The position numbers were made by a program, and so were the translations under genes. Source: an uncultured virus (IMG/VR IMGVR_UViG_3300038530_001278) (Duplodnaviria > Heunggongvirae > Uroviricota > Caudoviricetes). From it: a stretch of DNA of 64,000 nucleotides. Position 1 is the stretch's first letter. Each line of letters opens with the position of its first letter. The DNA is taken from the IMG/VR virus record IMGVR_UViG_3300038530_001278. The stretch is one strand, 5' to 3'. Shown piece by piece: positions 31,614-39,035 of the stretch. The notes under the pieces were generated by a model. That model worked only from the letters and a program-made list of their open reading frames with translations. It searched no databases and was not told the DNA's origin.

Positions 31614-33572
31614 TTACTGAAAAAATCTTCTATTAAAAAATGAATCATCTGATTCTTCGTACATCTCTTCTATCTCCTTATTATAGAGATCTTTCATATG
31701 AAACATACCAACTAATAATGCAGAAACACGGTCAAAATTACCCTTTTTACCATATTTTATTAGCTCATCTATCAAAGCTATATCATAAATATAGTGTAGA
31801 TTTAGTTTAGGCATGCCGTCTTCTTGTCTACCTCTCTGTGTTTTTAACCAGTCTCTTAAATATATTTCTGCTTGGTTTTTTCTATGTTGAGATCCCATAG
31901 ATGTACCATATGTTCTGTTTAGTTTACGTATTCTTACACCATCGGTTTTGTCAAAGATTTCTGCTTCTGGCATAAGGTAATTTAGTAGCTTATGTCGTTT
32001 TGCATAAGGTATAACTTCTCCTCTATCATTCTCAAATCCAATCCTAGCGTTAAAATATCTAGCAAGTAAAAATAAATTATAGTTATATTCATCTTGTGTG
32101 TCTGGTCTACCTACATATGAAGCTACAATCATATCATCAGGTTTAGAATATGGATTAATTCTCTTGATTACATATGCAGCTCCAAGAGAAGCACCAAATC
32201 CATCACTAGCATACGGGTCATGCACAATAAAATAAAGATCGTCCGGTATATTGTCTCCTGATTCGTGAGGAGATTGATATATAACTACACATCCTCTAAT
32301 ATCATCTGTCTTGTTATGTGGAAACTTCATAACAGGTCTAACTTTATCACTAGGTCTAAATAAAATACCTTTGTTTGTTTCTACTAACGTACCATTTACT
32401 GCCATTTTAGTATGTAATCCTGTACGCATAAGTTCGTTACGCCAAGCTATCAATGCCCCACCAGGAAACATATTACCTCTTTGTTGTAAGAATGCTTCTC
32501 TAGGCATCCAAGGATACTCTGTTATATATTTGTCAAGTGTATTTGCATCTTTGGCTTCTTTTTTGAGTTGTTCTCTCTTTGCCTCTTCTATTTGTTTAGC
32601 TTGTTTTTCAAGAGAGTTACCATCCTGATCCATGTATCCTATTTTGTTTTGAAATGATGGAAAAAAGAAACCACAAGTACTACCTTCACCTCCTTCATCC
32701 CATATATTATCAAATGCATATAGATCATAAGCTTCTGGGTTATAGAACATAGATTCAAAGTCGATCGTTCCACCTTGCATGTCTCCACCCGTACCAAACA
32801 AAACTATTTGCCCGGTCACTACACCTCCATCTTCTACACAAGGACGTGTTGCTAAGTATGATGCTTTTAAATTATTAAATGCACCGCACTCTTCAAAAAT
32901 AACTAGTGATGCATCCTTACCTCTTGCAGCATCTGGATTATCTTTAAATGTAATCGCCTCTACTTCTGATCTGTATCCTTTTTCTATGGCTTGCTTGTTG
33001 ATATATTGTAGATAACTAGCTCTTTTGTGATTAATTTTGTCTACAACTTGTCTTCTCTTCTGCCATCCTGTGTGTTCATTTATAAAATTCATGTAATCAG
33101 TCACCATTGTCATAATTCCCTTAGGATATAAGTACTTTTTGTCGTGAGCACACAATAATGTGTAAGAATTTTTAGTTGTGTTGTACAAATTAGCAGCTAT
33201 GGCAGCATTTTTGTAGCTAAATCCCTTACGTCTAGCTTTTGCTACAATTAAATGTAACCCTTCAGCTGCAGCACTCTCTAATGCATGGAAATAATTGTAG
33301 TCTCCGTCCCAAAAATTAGGAAATGATACAGTTTTTGTACCAGCTTTACGCTCTCCTACCTGTTCAGTTAGCTTTATTCTACAAAAATTTAGGTAAAAAT
33401 AGTGATGACCTGTAATTCTAGTGTCTCCTATAGTGTATCCTTCTCTACATCGTCTTAATTGTTCTGTCCAGTACTCATAAAACGGTGCACTTCCAGGAGG
33501 ATCGCCACAATAATAGCCTAATCTTAGAAATCTTTGTGCTTCTTTACTAAATTCTCTTGTATTTACGAACAT
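31614..33572 (-). CDS. terL: Terminase large subunit
   Basis: KARRKGFSY Walker A, VIFEECG Walker B, FGTGG, and nuclease motifs HDPY and GNFDRVSA. Confidence 0.95.
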   Translation of the reverse strand: MFVNTREFSKEAQRFLRLGYYCGDPPGSAPFYEYWTEQLRRCREGYTIGDTRITGHHYFYLNFCRIKLTEQVGERKAGTKTVSFPNFWDGDYNYFHALESAAAEGLHLIVAKARRKGFSYKNAAIAANLYNTTKNSYTLLCAHDKKYLYPKGIMTMVTDYMNFINEHTGWQKRRQVVDKINHKRASYLQYINKQAIEKGYRSEVEAITFKDNPDAARGKDASLVIFEECGAFNNLKASYLATRPCVEDGGVVTGQIVLFGTGGDMQGGTIDFESMFYNPEAYDLYAFDNIWDEGGEGSTCGFFFPSFQNKIGYMDQDGNSLEKQAKQIEEAKREQLKKEAKDANTLDKYITEYPWMPREAFLQQRGNMFPGGALIAWRNELMRTGLHTKMAVNGTLVETNKGILFRPSDKVRPVMKFPHNKTDDIRGCVVIYQSPHESGDNIPDDLYFIVHDPYASDGFGASLGAAYVIKRINPYSKPDDMIVASYVGRPDTQDEYNYNLFLLARYFNARIGFENDRGEVIPYAKRHKLLNYLMPEAEIFDKTDGVRIRKLNRTYGTSMGSQHRKNQAEIYLRDWLKTQRGRQEDGMPKLNLHYIYDIALIDELIKYGKKGNFDRVSALLVGMFHMKDLYNKEIEEMYEESDDSFFNRRFFQ

Positions 33573-33963
33573 TATTTTTGTGTGTAGTCTTTTTTTATAG
33601 TTTCTACTTTACCATCTTCGTCAATTCTAGATATAATTAAGTAAAAACTTTCACCATTCTCATATTGATGATGACAATATCCTTTTAGTCCTTTTAGATC
33701 ATTCTCTCTTTCTATTGTTCCACTAAAGTTTTTNNNNNNNNNNAGTTTTTAGTTACGTCTTTATCGTAAATAAAATGTGCAGCTCCATAAGGCTCAAACT
33801 CTCCTCCTGACTCAGCACCTTTGTCATCTACGTGTGTAGTTCTACCACACTGAGGGCAAAATTTCTCAAACTTTATACCATCCTCACCTACATCTGTAAT
33901 ACGTAGATTATGTCCACAGACGCACTTAAGTTTAGAGTTAGTATTAAATTTAATTTTTGCCAT
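33572..33963 (-). CDS. Zn-ribbon protein (CVC...CPQC) spanning the scaffold gap
   Basis: The flanks of the N-run overlap by AAAAACT. Collapsing them gives one frame ...DVTKNFSGTIERENDLKG...KDYTQK* whose TAA overlaps the terL ATG. Confidence 0.65.
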
Positions 33964-34535
33964 TAGTCTTCAAACATTCCTTTAGTTCCACCGCCACGTA
34001 TCTTAGATTCGTTAGCTTGTTCTTTTTTAACCTTCTCTTCTAAAGCATTTATAGTGTCTATTGCTTTAGGTATTTTTTCAGATACTTCTAAAAGTTTAGT
34101 AACATCTTTCATTATATCACCAATGTCTTTATCCTCTTCTCCATCTACAAGATCAAGAGAGTTTTCTATTTGTGATCGTAATGCGTTTATAACTCTACCA
34201 GAAGTTAAGAGTCCTTCTTTGATTGCTTTGAGGCTGGTAATGGTTGGTGTACGTTGAAGTTCATTGTACTTGTCCATGCCCATTTGTACGAGGTTGGTGA
34301 TTGGAGACTCTTCGTCAAATTGTAGGTCTTTAATGAGTCTTTGTTTTCTTTCTTCTTCAGGGTATATTGAATAGGGAGATCTATAGTCGCACATGAAGTA
34401 AATGTAGGATAGTTGCTTATGTGCATTGCGTTTTTTTCTGTCTTTGTCACTAGTTATTATTTTTTTAAATTCTGGAATGATCTTAGCTTCCGGATCAATC
34501 ACTACGTTGAAGTTGTCTTCTTTGAAAAGCCTCAT
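33963..34535 (-). CDS. Conserved crAss protein upstream of terL (gene 86-like; possible small terminase)
   Basis: LSYIYFMCDYRSPY and terminal IRGGGTKGMFED motifs; synteny. Confidence 0.65.
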   Translation of the reverse strand: MRLFKEDNFNVVIDPEAKIIPEFKKIITSDKDRKKRNAHKQLSYIYFMCDYRSPYSIYPEEERKQRLIKDLQFDEESPITNLVQMGMDKYNELQRTPTITSLKAIKEGLLTSGRVINALRSQIENSLDLVDGEEDKDIGDIMKDVTKLLEVSEKIPKAIDTINALEEKVKKEQANESKIRGGGTKGMFED

Positions 34536-34737
34536 GATTTAAATTTTTAACTCTGTTTGGATTAACATGGAATCTACCAAAGTATGACATTCTTACTCCA
34601 TCAAACTCTCCTTTTGCCATTGTATAAGCTAGAAACTGAAACTGAGATTCACATATGCTCTCAATCTCTTCTATCTCTCCACCCATCTCTTCTTTTATTT
34701 CTTTATATATTTCTTGTTTTAATTTATTCTTTGCCAT
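34495..34737 (-). CDS. HU/IHF-like protein
   Basis: 80 aa; helix-helix N-terminus followed by VRMSYFGRFHV. Confidence 0.65.
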   Translation of the reverse strand: MAKNKLKQEIYKEIKEEMGGEIEEIESICESQFQFLAYTMAKGEFDGVRMSYFGRFHVNPNRVKNLNHEAFQRRQLQRSD

Positions 34738-34740
34738 AAT

Positions 34741-34878
34741 TTATCTTCCTTGTCCTCTGTACTTTGGTCCATCATAATACTTACCTTGTTTTTGTTTTGT
34801 AAATTTATTCTTTGAATGAACCCCTGGTCTTTTCTTTCTTACTTTTTTGTAATAATTATTTACGACTTTTCTAGCCAT
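34741..34878 (-). CDS. Small basic protein ending YRGQGR (45 aa)
   Basis: Read manually: MARKVVNNYYKKVRKKRPGVHSKNKFTKQKQGKYYDGPKYRGQGR; it fills the intergenic gap. Confidence 0.75.
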   Translation of the reverse strand: MARKVVNNYYKKVRKKRPGVHSKNKFTKQKQGKYYDGPKYRGQGR

Positions 34879-34879
34879 T

Positions 34880-35077
34880 CTATTCTAATCCTAAATTTAC
34901 AATATCTGCTGGATTAATCCAACATCTAACTATGTAAGTATCATCACAATCAGTTGGAACTAGTACGTCATACTCAAATGATGCTTCTCTTGCATGGAAC
35001 TGTACTTCCTGCATAGAAATAAATGCATACACATTTTCTAACCCCGCAACTCTGACATCAATAAAGTATTTCACCAT
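34880..35077 (-). CDS. Hypothetical protein
   Basis: 65 aa, in the operon, overlapping the upstream gene. Confidence 0.55.
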   Translation of the reverse strand: MVKYFIDVRVAGLENVYAFISMQEVQFHAREASFEYDVLVPTDCDDTYIVRCWINPADIVNLGLE

Positions 35078-35408
35078 CCTGCATTACAAATTCAAAATTT
35101 ACCGAATCGGCATTTTTATAATTATAAACTATAGGATGAAAGGTGTACTTAGGTTTACTGTCTCTATTATAAACTAAGACCTTTTTGTCTTTTAAACTTT
35201 TTATAGAATTGTTTAGTATAGCTCTTCCCCATTTTAAATTAGCAGCTACTTGTTTTCTATTCTCTATCGAACAAGGATCTTCTAAGTTTGTTTTAATGAG
35301 TTCCATACAAACTTTTATTTCCGTCTTTGTTAGTTTCAAAATTCCGTTTACAGTATTTAAATAATCTTGTAGGAATCTATCACTATTTGTTGGTATCTGT
35401 ACTTTCAT
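35058..35408 (-). CDS. Winged-HTH protein (RepL-like)
   Basis: LTKTEIKV...RKQVAANLKWGRAILNNSIKSLKDKKVL...YTFHP. Confidence 0.6.
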   Translation of the reverse strand: MKVQIPTNSDRFLQDYLNTVNGILKLTKTEIKVCMELIKTNLEDPCSIENRKQVAANLKWGRAILNNSIKSLKDKKVLVYNRDSKPKYTFHPIVYNYKNADSVNFEFVMQDGEILY

Positions 35409-35682
35409 TATACTTTATAACTTTTTCTATTTTTCTAGACAAACGTTTTGCAACTAATTGTCTTACATTTTTAAGGAGAAGTATGATGCATTGATTCTCA
35501 GCTGAAAAATTTTTCTTTTGTAAACTATAAAATCTATCAATCAAGATGTTAATGATCTCTTCGTTGGTAGTGCCTGCTTGGAACTTACCATCTACTTTTT
35601 CGGTAAATTTAATTGTTTGAAATTTTTTGTTGTCTGCGAAGTCAGTTGCTTTATACTCTACTCCTGGTTTAACTATGTCCAT
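35383..35682 (-). CDS. Divergent Acb2/Tad1-like helical hairpin protein (candidate anti-defence sponge)
   Basis: QTIKF...GTTNEEIINILIDRFYSLQKKNFSAENQCII resembles the Acb2-family GxTNE...IDR...F.cREN pattern. Confidence 0.55.
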   Translation of the reverse strand: MDIVKPGVEYKATDFADNKKFQTIKFTEKVDGKFQAGTTNEEIINILIDRFYSLQKKNFSAENQCIILLLKNVRQLVAKRLSRKIEKVIKYNESTDTNK

Positions 35683-35704
35683 TTGATTTATGTTACTTTA
35701 CACT

Positions 35705-35712
35705 CAAATGTA
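35705..35712 (-). promoter_or_regulatory. -7 promoter box (TACATTTG)
   Basis: TAnnTTTG match 22 nt upstream of the 35682 ATG. Confidence 0.5.
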
Positions 35713-35773
35713 TGGATAAAAAGTATGAAATAAAAGATAACAGGTAAGTGAGTCTATTTATAGAGACTTTTTG

Positions 35774-36100
35774 TTATGCCTCACGTAAAGCAACATGTTT
35801 TAGTATGTTACCATCTGTGTTCTTCATAACAGTAACATAATACTCTGGGTCTAGATCAAATATACCTTGTGCCATTTCTACCCATTTCTTCTCTACAGCC
35901 TCCTTAGATCCTAAGTCTAGAGGTGTACCCGTACCTAGGTTAGCACAGTATGTTGCATTCAGTTCTAAAATTTTATCTATCTTTTTTCTGACTGCTTTAT
36001 TCGTGTAGTATTTTGATCTTTCTCTATATCTCATTCTTTCGTTTTTGGTACCTATTGACGTAGTCATACCTTGGTCTCGAATCGTGATAGCTGTCGACAT
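35774..36100 (-). CDS. Hypothetical protein
   Basis: 108 aa with KIDKILELNA...NLG and IFDLDPEYY; the true start may be at a later Met. Confidence 0.6.
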   Translation of the reverse strand: MSTAITIRDQGMTTSIGTKNERMRYRERSKYYTNKAVRKKIDKILELNATYCANLGTGTPLDLGSKEAVEKKWVEMAQGIFDLDPEYYVTVMKNTDGNILKHVALREA

Positions 36101-36263
36101 CCTTCTCTATAGTGTCTCTATGTAGGATGTTACCTTCTAGGTCTAGCACTCCGTAACCTTGTGACAATAGTAGTTTTATTGCAGATATCTGTTCTTCTAC
36201 TCTCTCAGGTATAGTGTGAGTTTTAAAAAAATTTTTACTTAGATCTTTTTTTCTTAGACTCAT
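36024..36263 (-). CDS. Hypothetical protein
   Basis: 79 aa, AIKLLLSQGYGVLDLEG. Confidence 0.6.
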   Translation of the reverse strand: MSLRKKDLSKNFFKTHTIPERVEEQISAIKLLLSQGYGVLDLEGNILHRDTIEKDVDSYHDSRPRYDYVNRYQKRKNEI

Positions 36264-36372
36264 AAACTACATACCCGTGTTTCTTTAACAATACTGTTGC
36301 CTCTTCTATTTTCTTCATTAACTTACGTCCCTCATCAAATATCTCGTTTTCAAATGCGTGTATATTATACAT
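36235..36372 (-). CDS. Small hypothetical protein (45 aa)
   Basis: Read manually: MYNIHAFENEIFDEGRKLMKKIEEATVLLKKHGYVVYESKKKRSK; preceded by TATATTTG. Confidence 0.65.
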   Translation of the reverse strand: MYNIHAFENEIFDEGRKLMKKIEEATVLLKKHGYVVYESKKKRSK

Positions 36373-36392
36373 AGTATATCTATTTTATATAT

Positions 36393-36400
36393 CAAATATA
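36393..36400 (-). promoter_or_regulatory. -7 promoter box (TATATTTG) heading the minus-strand module
   Basis: TAnnTTTG match 20 nt upstream of the 36372 ATG; a second match, TAAATTTG, lies at 36455-36462. Confidence 0.5.
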
Positions 36401-36475
36401 GTAAAAATAAAATAAAGTCTCTATATAATGTAAAACATGGTCCTTTTGTAAAGTCAAATTTATTTATAATCTTTG

Positions 36476-36612
36476 TTTCCTCAGTCGCAGATCTGTAAGC
36501 TGCTAAACTTCAAGTAACCACTCTTGTTGGATCGTGCAAAGCAAGTCGTCTGAGAAAAGCAGCATATCCTTTAAACTTTTCGTTGCACCCAGTGTTATAC
36601 TTACTCACACGC
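36476..36612 (-). ncRNA. Putative structured non-coding element
   Basis: GC-richer non-coding island with three complementary segment pairs in crossed order; a G-U wobble favours the minus strand. Confidence 0.35.
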
Positions 36613-36786
36613 ATTTATAAAATAAAAATAAAAGTTTCCCTGGGGGTGCATTCCTATATATAAAACCCCCCTAGGNNNNNNNNNNAGGTATGTTTACAAA
36701 CACCACCTATTGTAAGCCTCCCCCTGTAATCTTTGCGGTTAACATACCCCCGCGCATAAGCAAAGTGGTATCTAAATTCTTATAAA

Positions 36787-36987
36787 ATGGAAAATACTTT
36801 AAAGATAGAGCGTATCGGCTCTGTAAATACAGATAAAAATGGTAAAGAATATGTTATGTTATATACAGCAGCGACTGTAGAAGATAACGTCTTTATACCA
36901 TCTCAAGCGAGATATGCAGACGCATCGTTCTTGCCTCAATTGCAAGCGGCATTCGACTCTAAGAAGGGTCTGTTTGTTACTGCTTAG
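36787..36987 (+). CDS. First early gene, small beta-rich protein
   Basis: 66 aa, A-rich start context, followed immediately by a terminator. Confidence 0.7.
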   Translation: MENTLKIERIGSVNTDKNGKEYVMLYTAATVEDNVFIPSQARYADASFLPQLQAAFDSKKGLFVTA

Positions 36988-36993
36988 AACATC

Positions 36994-37015
36994 GGGAGCT
37001 TCGGCTCCCTTTGTT
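36994..37015 (+). terminator. Intrinsic terminator with UUCG tetraloop
   Basis: GGGAGC-TTCG-GCTCCC followed by TTTGTT. Confidence 0.8.
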
Positions 37016-37214
37016 AATCGAAGAGATTGGTAGACAACCTACTGTAAACCTCATACAGTTCACGCAGGTTTGTGCTAACCAGCTCTCTCACTTGCTATAT
37101 CGCTAGCTAATCACGCTACATTACAGCATACAATTATATTATATAGACTTTATGCGTGCCAGTCTTCAACAAAGTGCATGCAATTTACATCAAACTTTTT
37201 AACAAATATTACAA

Positions 37215-37424
37215 ATGAAATCAATCAATTCATTCTTTTATACAATTTATGATCTTGTTTATCTAGATATATTACAAGATCTTGACAGGACTATTGACAA
37301 TATATATGTCAAGAGAGTCTTGCAGTTATGGTTTACAGTCATCGTAACCTTAGCCGTTATCGGTATATCTTATGCAGTGACTAAGATATTCGTAATGCAT
37401 TTAATCCTAGGCTTACCGCTATGA
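37215..37424 (+). CDS. Small membrane protein
   Basis: 69 aa with a hydrophobic C-terminal half. Confidence 0.6.
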   Translation: MKSINSFFYTIYDLVYLDILQDLDRTIDNIYVKRVLQLWFTVIVTLAVIGISYAVTKIFVMHLILGLPL

Positions 37425-37672
37425 AAAGGATTAACGACATTCGTACACTACCAACCGGTATAATCTGCGTAGAGTTTAGAGAGCATAACACTCTCACTAT
37501 CGAAACTTTCTCAGATTGGCATGAATTTTTGACCAAATATCCATTCTTATACGCTTCCGCATACAAATACAATGTGTGGTGGTCTAAGGTAAAATATTTT
37601 TTGAGCCGAGTTCTCATCCTTGGGGGCTTTTTGTTCTTTTTGGTCTGGTTATATACTCATCATGGCTTATAG
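37421..37672 (+). CDS. Small protein with a C-terminal TM helix
   Basis: ATGA overlap with the upstream gene; VLILGGFLFFLVWLY. Confidence 0.6.
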   Translation: MKRINDIRTLPTGIICVEFREHNTLTIETFSDWHEFLTKYPFLYASAYKYNVWWSKVKYFLSRVLILGGFLFFLVWLYTHHGL

Positions 37673-37979
37673 TGAACGAATCTGGTATCAGGCGACTGTT
37701 CTAACTGAACATGGTACACGCAAATTCCCAATGAGAGCTAGTCGCGAGCTCTCTCAACGGGATATAGACAAATACAAGTATAACTACCAAGGGGACTTTG
37801 TGTCCGATGAGAAGATTATACTATGTAAAGAAATCTTAGTCGACTTAGACTTCGATGATGACGGAACTCCTCTGCCTACTTATGGTAAGGTCCCAGTAGA
37901 TTTTAGAACAAGTTCTGAGAAATACTATGATGATGAAGGACCAATAAACCTGATGAAGGAATGGCATGACGGAGATTAA
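37662..37979 (+). CDS. Hypothetical early protein
   Basis: Likely starts at ATG 37662 (MAYSERIWYQ) rather than the track's 37620. Confidence 0.6.
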   Translation: MAYSERIWYQATVLTEHGTRKFPMRASRELSQRDIDKYKYNYQGDFVSDEKIILCKEILVDLDFDDDGTPLPTYGKVPVDFRTSSEKYYDDEGPINLMKEWHDGD

Positions 37980-38010
37980 TTAAATCAATTTTTAAATCAA
38001 TAAATAAATT

Positions 38011-38241
38011 ATGTTTTATTCGCACGATGAAGCATCTATGCTTCGTAACATAGAGACTGGACAGTTTCATGTTGCTAAAATAGAAGACGACAGATACACT
38101 AAATTGATACAGTGTTATCCAAACAAGTGGCACAATCAAATCAAAGAAGCATTTCGTTTCGGTGATGAAGATATGATATCACAGTTACAAGATTATTTTA
38201 TGAGGTCAACGGTTACTACCTCTTTCAAAGTAGCCAATTAA
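38011..38241 (+). CDS. Hypothetical early protein
   Basis: 76 aa with an A/T-rich leader. Confidence 0.65.
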   Translation: MFYSHDEASMLRNIETGQFHVAKIEDDRYTKLIQCYPNKWHNQIKEAFRFGDEDMISQLQDYFMRSTVTTSFKVAN

Positions 38242-38259
38242 TTTTAATTATTATTAATT

Positions 38260-38778
38260 ATGAGTATTGTTAAAATTCAATCTATCAGTGATCCTATAGC
38301 GGATCGTAACGGTAATAACTACAAAGTTATTACGCTTGAGGCACCTGGATTCAAGGAAGTAACAGATCCTAGAACAGGTAAATCAATACTAGCTTTGGCA
38401 TCTCCTAAAACTACTAAGAAGTGTGTTTGGGAATCGTCATATCTAGATGGAACTAAGCACTACATGTATGACGCTGAAGTCGGACAGCCTGTGTTTGGTA
38501 CTATTTATACTGCATCAGTAGCTCCTTATGATATTACTGGTGAGGATGGTGAGACAAGAACAGTTGATACATACACTGGTTTTGTTGAAGCTATGCCATC
38601 TAATGCTAACTTCAACTCTGCAGTTGCCTCTATGATTAGAGACGCTGGTCAAGAGCTTGCAGGTAACTCTGCAAAGAACTTCAATGTTGCTCAAGAGCAC
38701 CAGAATGATTCTGAAGTTGATGAGCTAGCAAGAGTATCTGTTGAAGAGCAGGTAAATGAAGATTCGTTCGCTGAATAA
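38260..38778 (+). CDS. Early protein, possible OB-fold ssDNA-binding protein
   Basis: Beta-rich body and an acidic tail ending EEQVNEDSFAE. Confidence 0.5.
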   Translation: MSIVKIQSISDPIADRNGNNYKVITLEAPGFKEVTDPRTGKSILALASPKTTKKCVWESSYLDGTKHYMYDAEVGQPVFGTIYTASVAPYDITGEDGETRTVDTYTGFVEAMPSNANFNSAVASMIRDAGQELAGNSAKNFNVAQEHQNDSEVDELARVSVEEQVNEDSFAE

Positions 38779-38797
38779 TATTTGTTTGGTGTGCGAG

Positions 38798-38855
38798 AAA
38801 TAGTGGTAAGGCAGAGGGTTTTATATAAGAATTTGACCTCTGCCTACCCTATTTT
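38798..38855 (+). terminator. Long imperfect hairpin (terminator or processing site)
   Basis: AAATAG..GGT.AGGCAGAGG pairs with CCTCTGCCT.ACC.CTATTT. Confidence 0.6.
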
Positions 38856-38878
38856 ACTTAATCCTTAATAATTTTAAA

Positions 38879-39034
38879 ATGATACAATTAGATAAAACTA
38901 AATATAGAAATAAACTTACAGGTAATATAGTGCACAAGAGAGATGGTAAATGGATTGACTCTGTAACTAGAGAAGAATTATTATCTTACCAAGTTTATAA
39001 GCAAGTATCATTGTTTTCCAAAATAATTCAATAA
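38879..39034 (+). CDS. Small hypothetical protein (51 aa)
   Basis: Read manually: MIQLDKTKYRNKLTGNIVHKRDGKWIDSVTREELLSYQVYKQVSLFSKIIQ. Confidence 0.6.
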   Translation: MIQLDKTKYRNKLTGNIVHKRDGKWIDSVTREELLSYQVYKQVSLFSKIIQ

Positions 39035-39035
39035 T

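Noticed and set aside
33712..33745. Frameshift or pseudogene at the first N gap
   Set aside because: Overlapping flanks indicate a scaffolding artefact.
10415..34257. Plus-strand ORFs opposite the structural genes (e.g. 15418..15942, 32311..32628)
   Set aside because: They are fully antisense to well-supported genes and have Ser/Leu/Pro-rich shadow composition.
36476..36612. Group I intron or RNase P identity for the structured element
   Set aside because: R-like (UCAGACGACU) and Q-like (UAGCAGC) words occur in the wrong order, no S element is visible, and GAGGAAA is not followed by GUCC.
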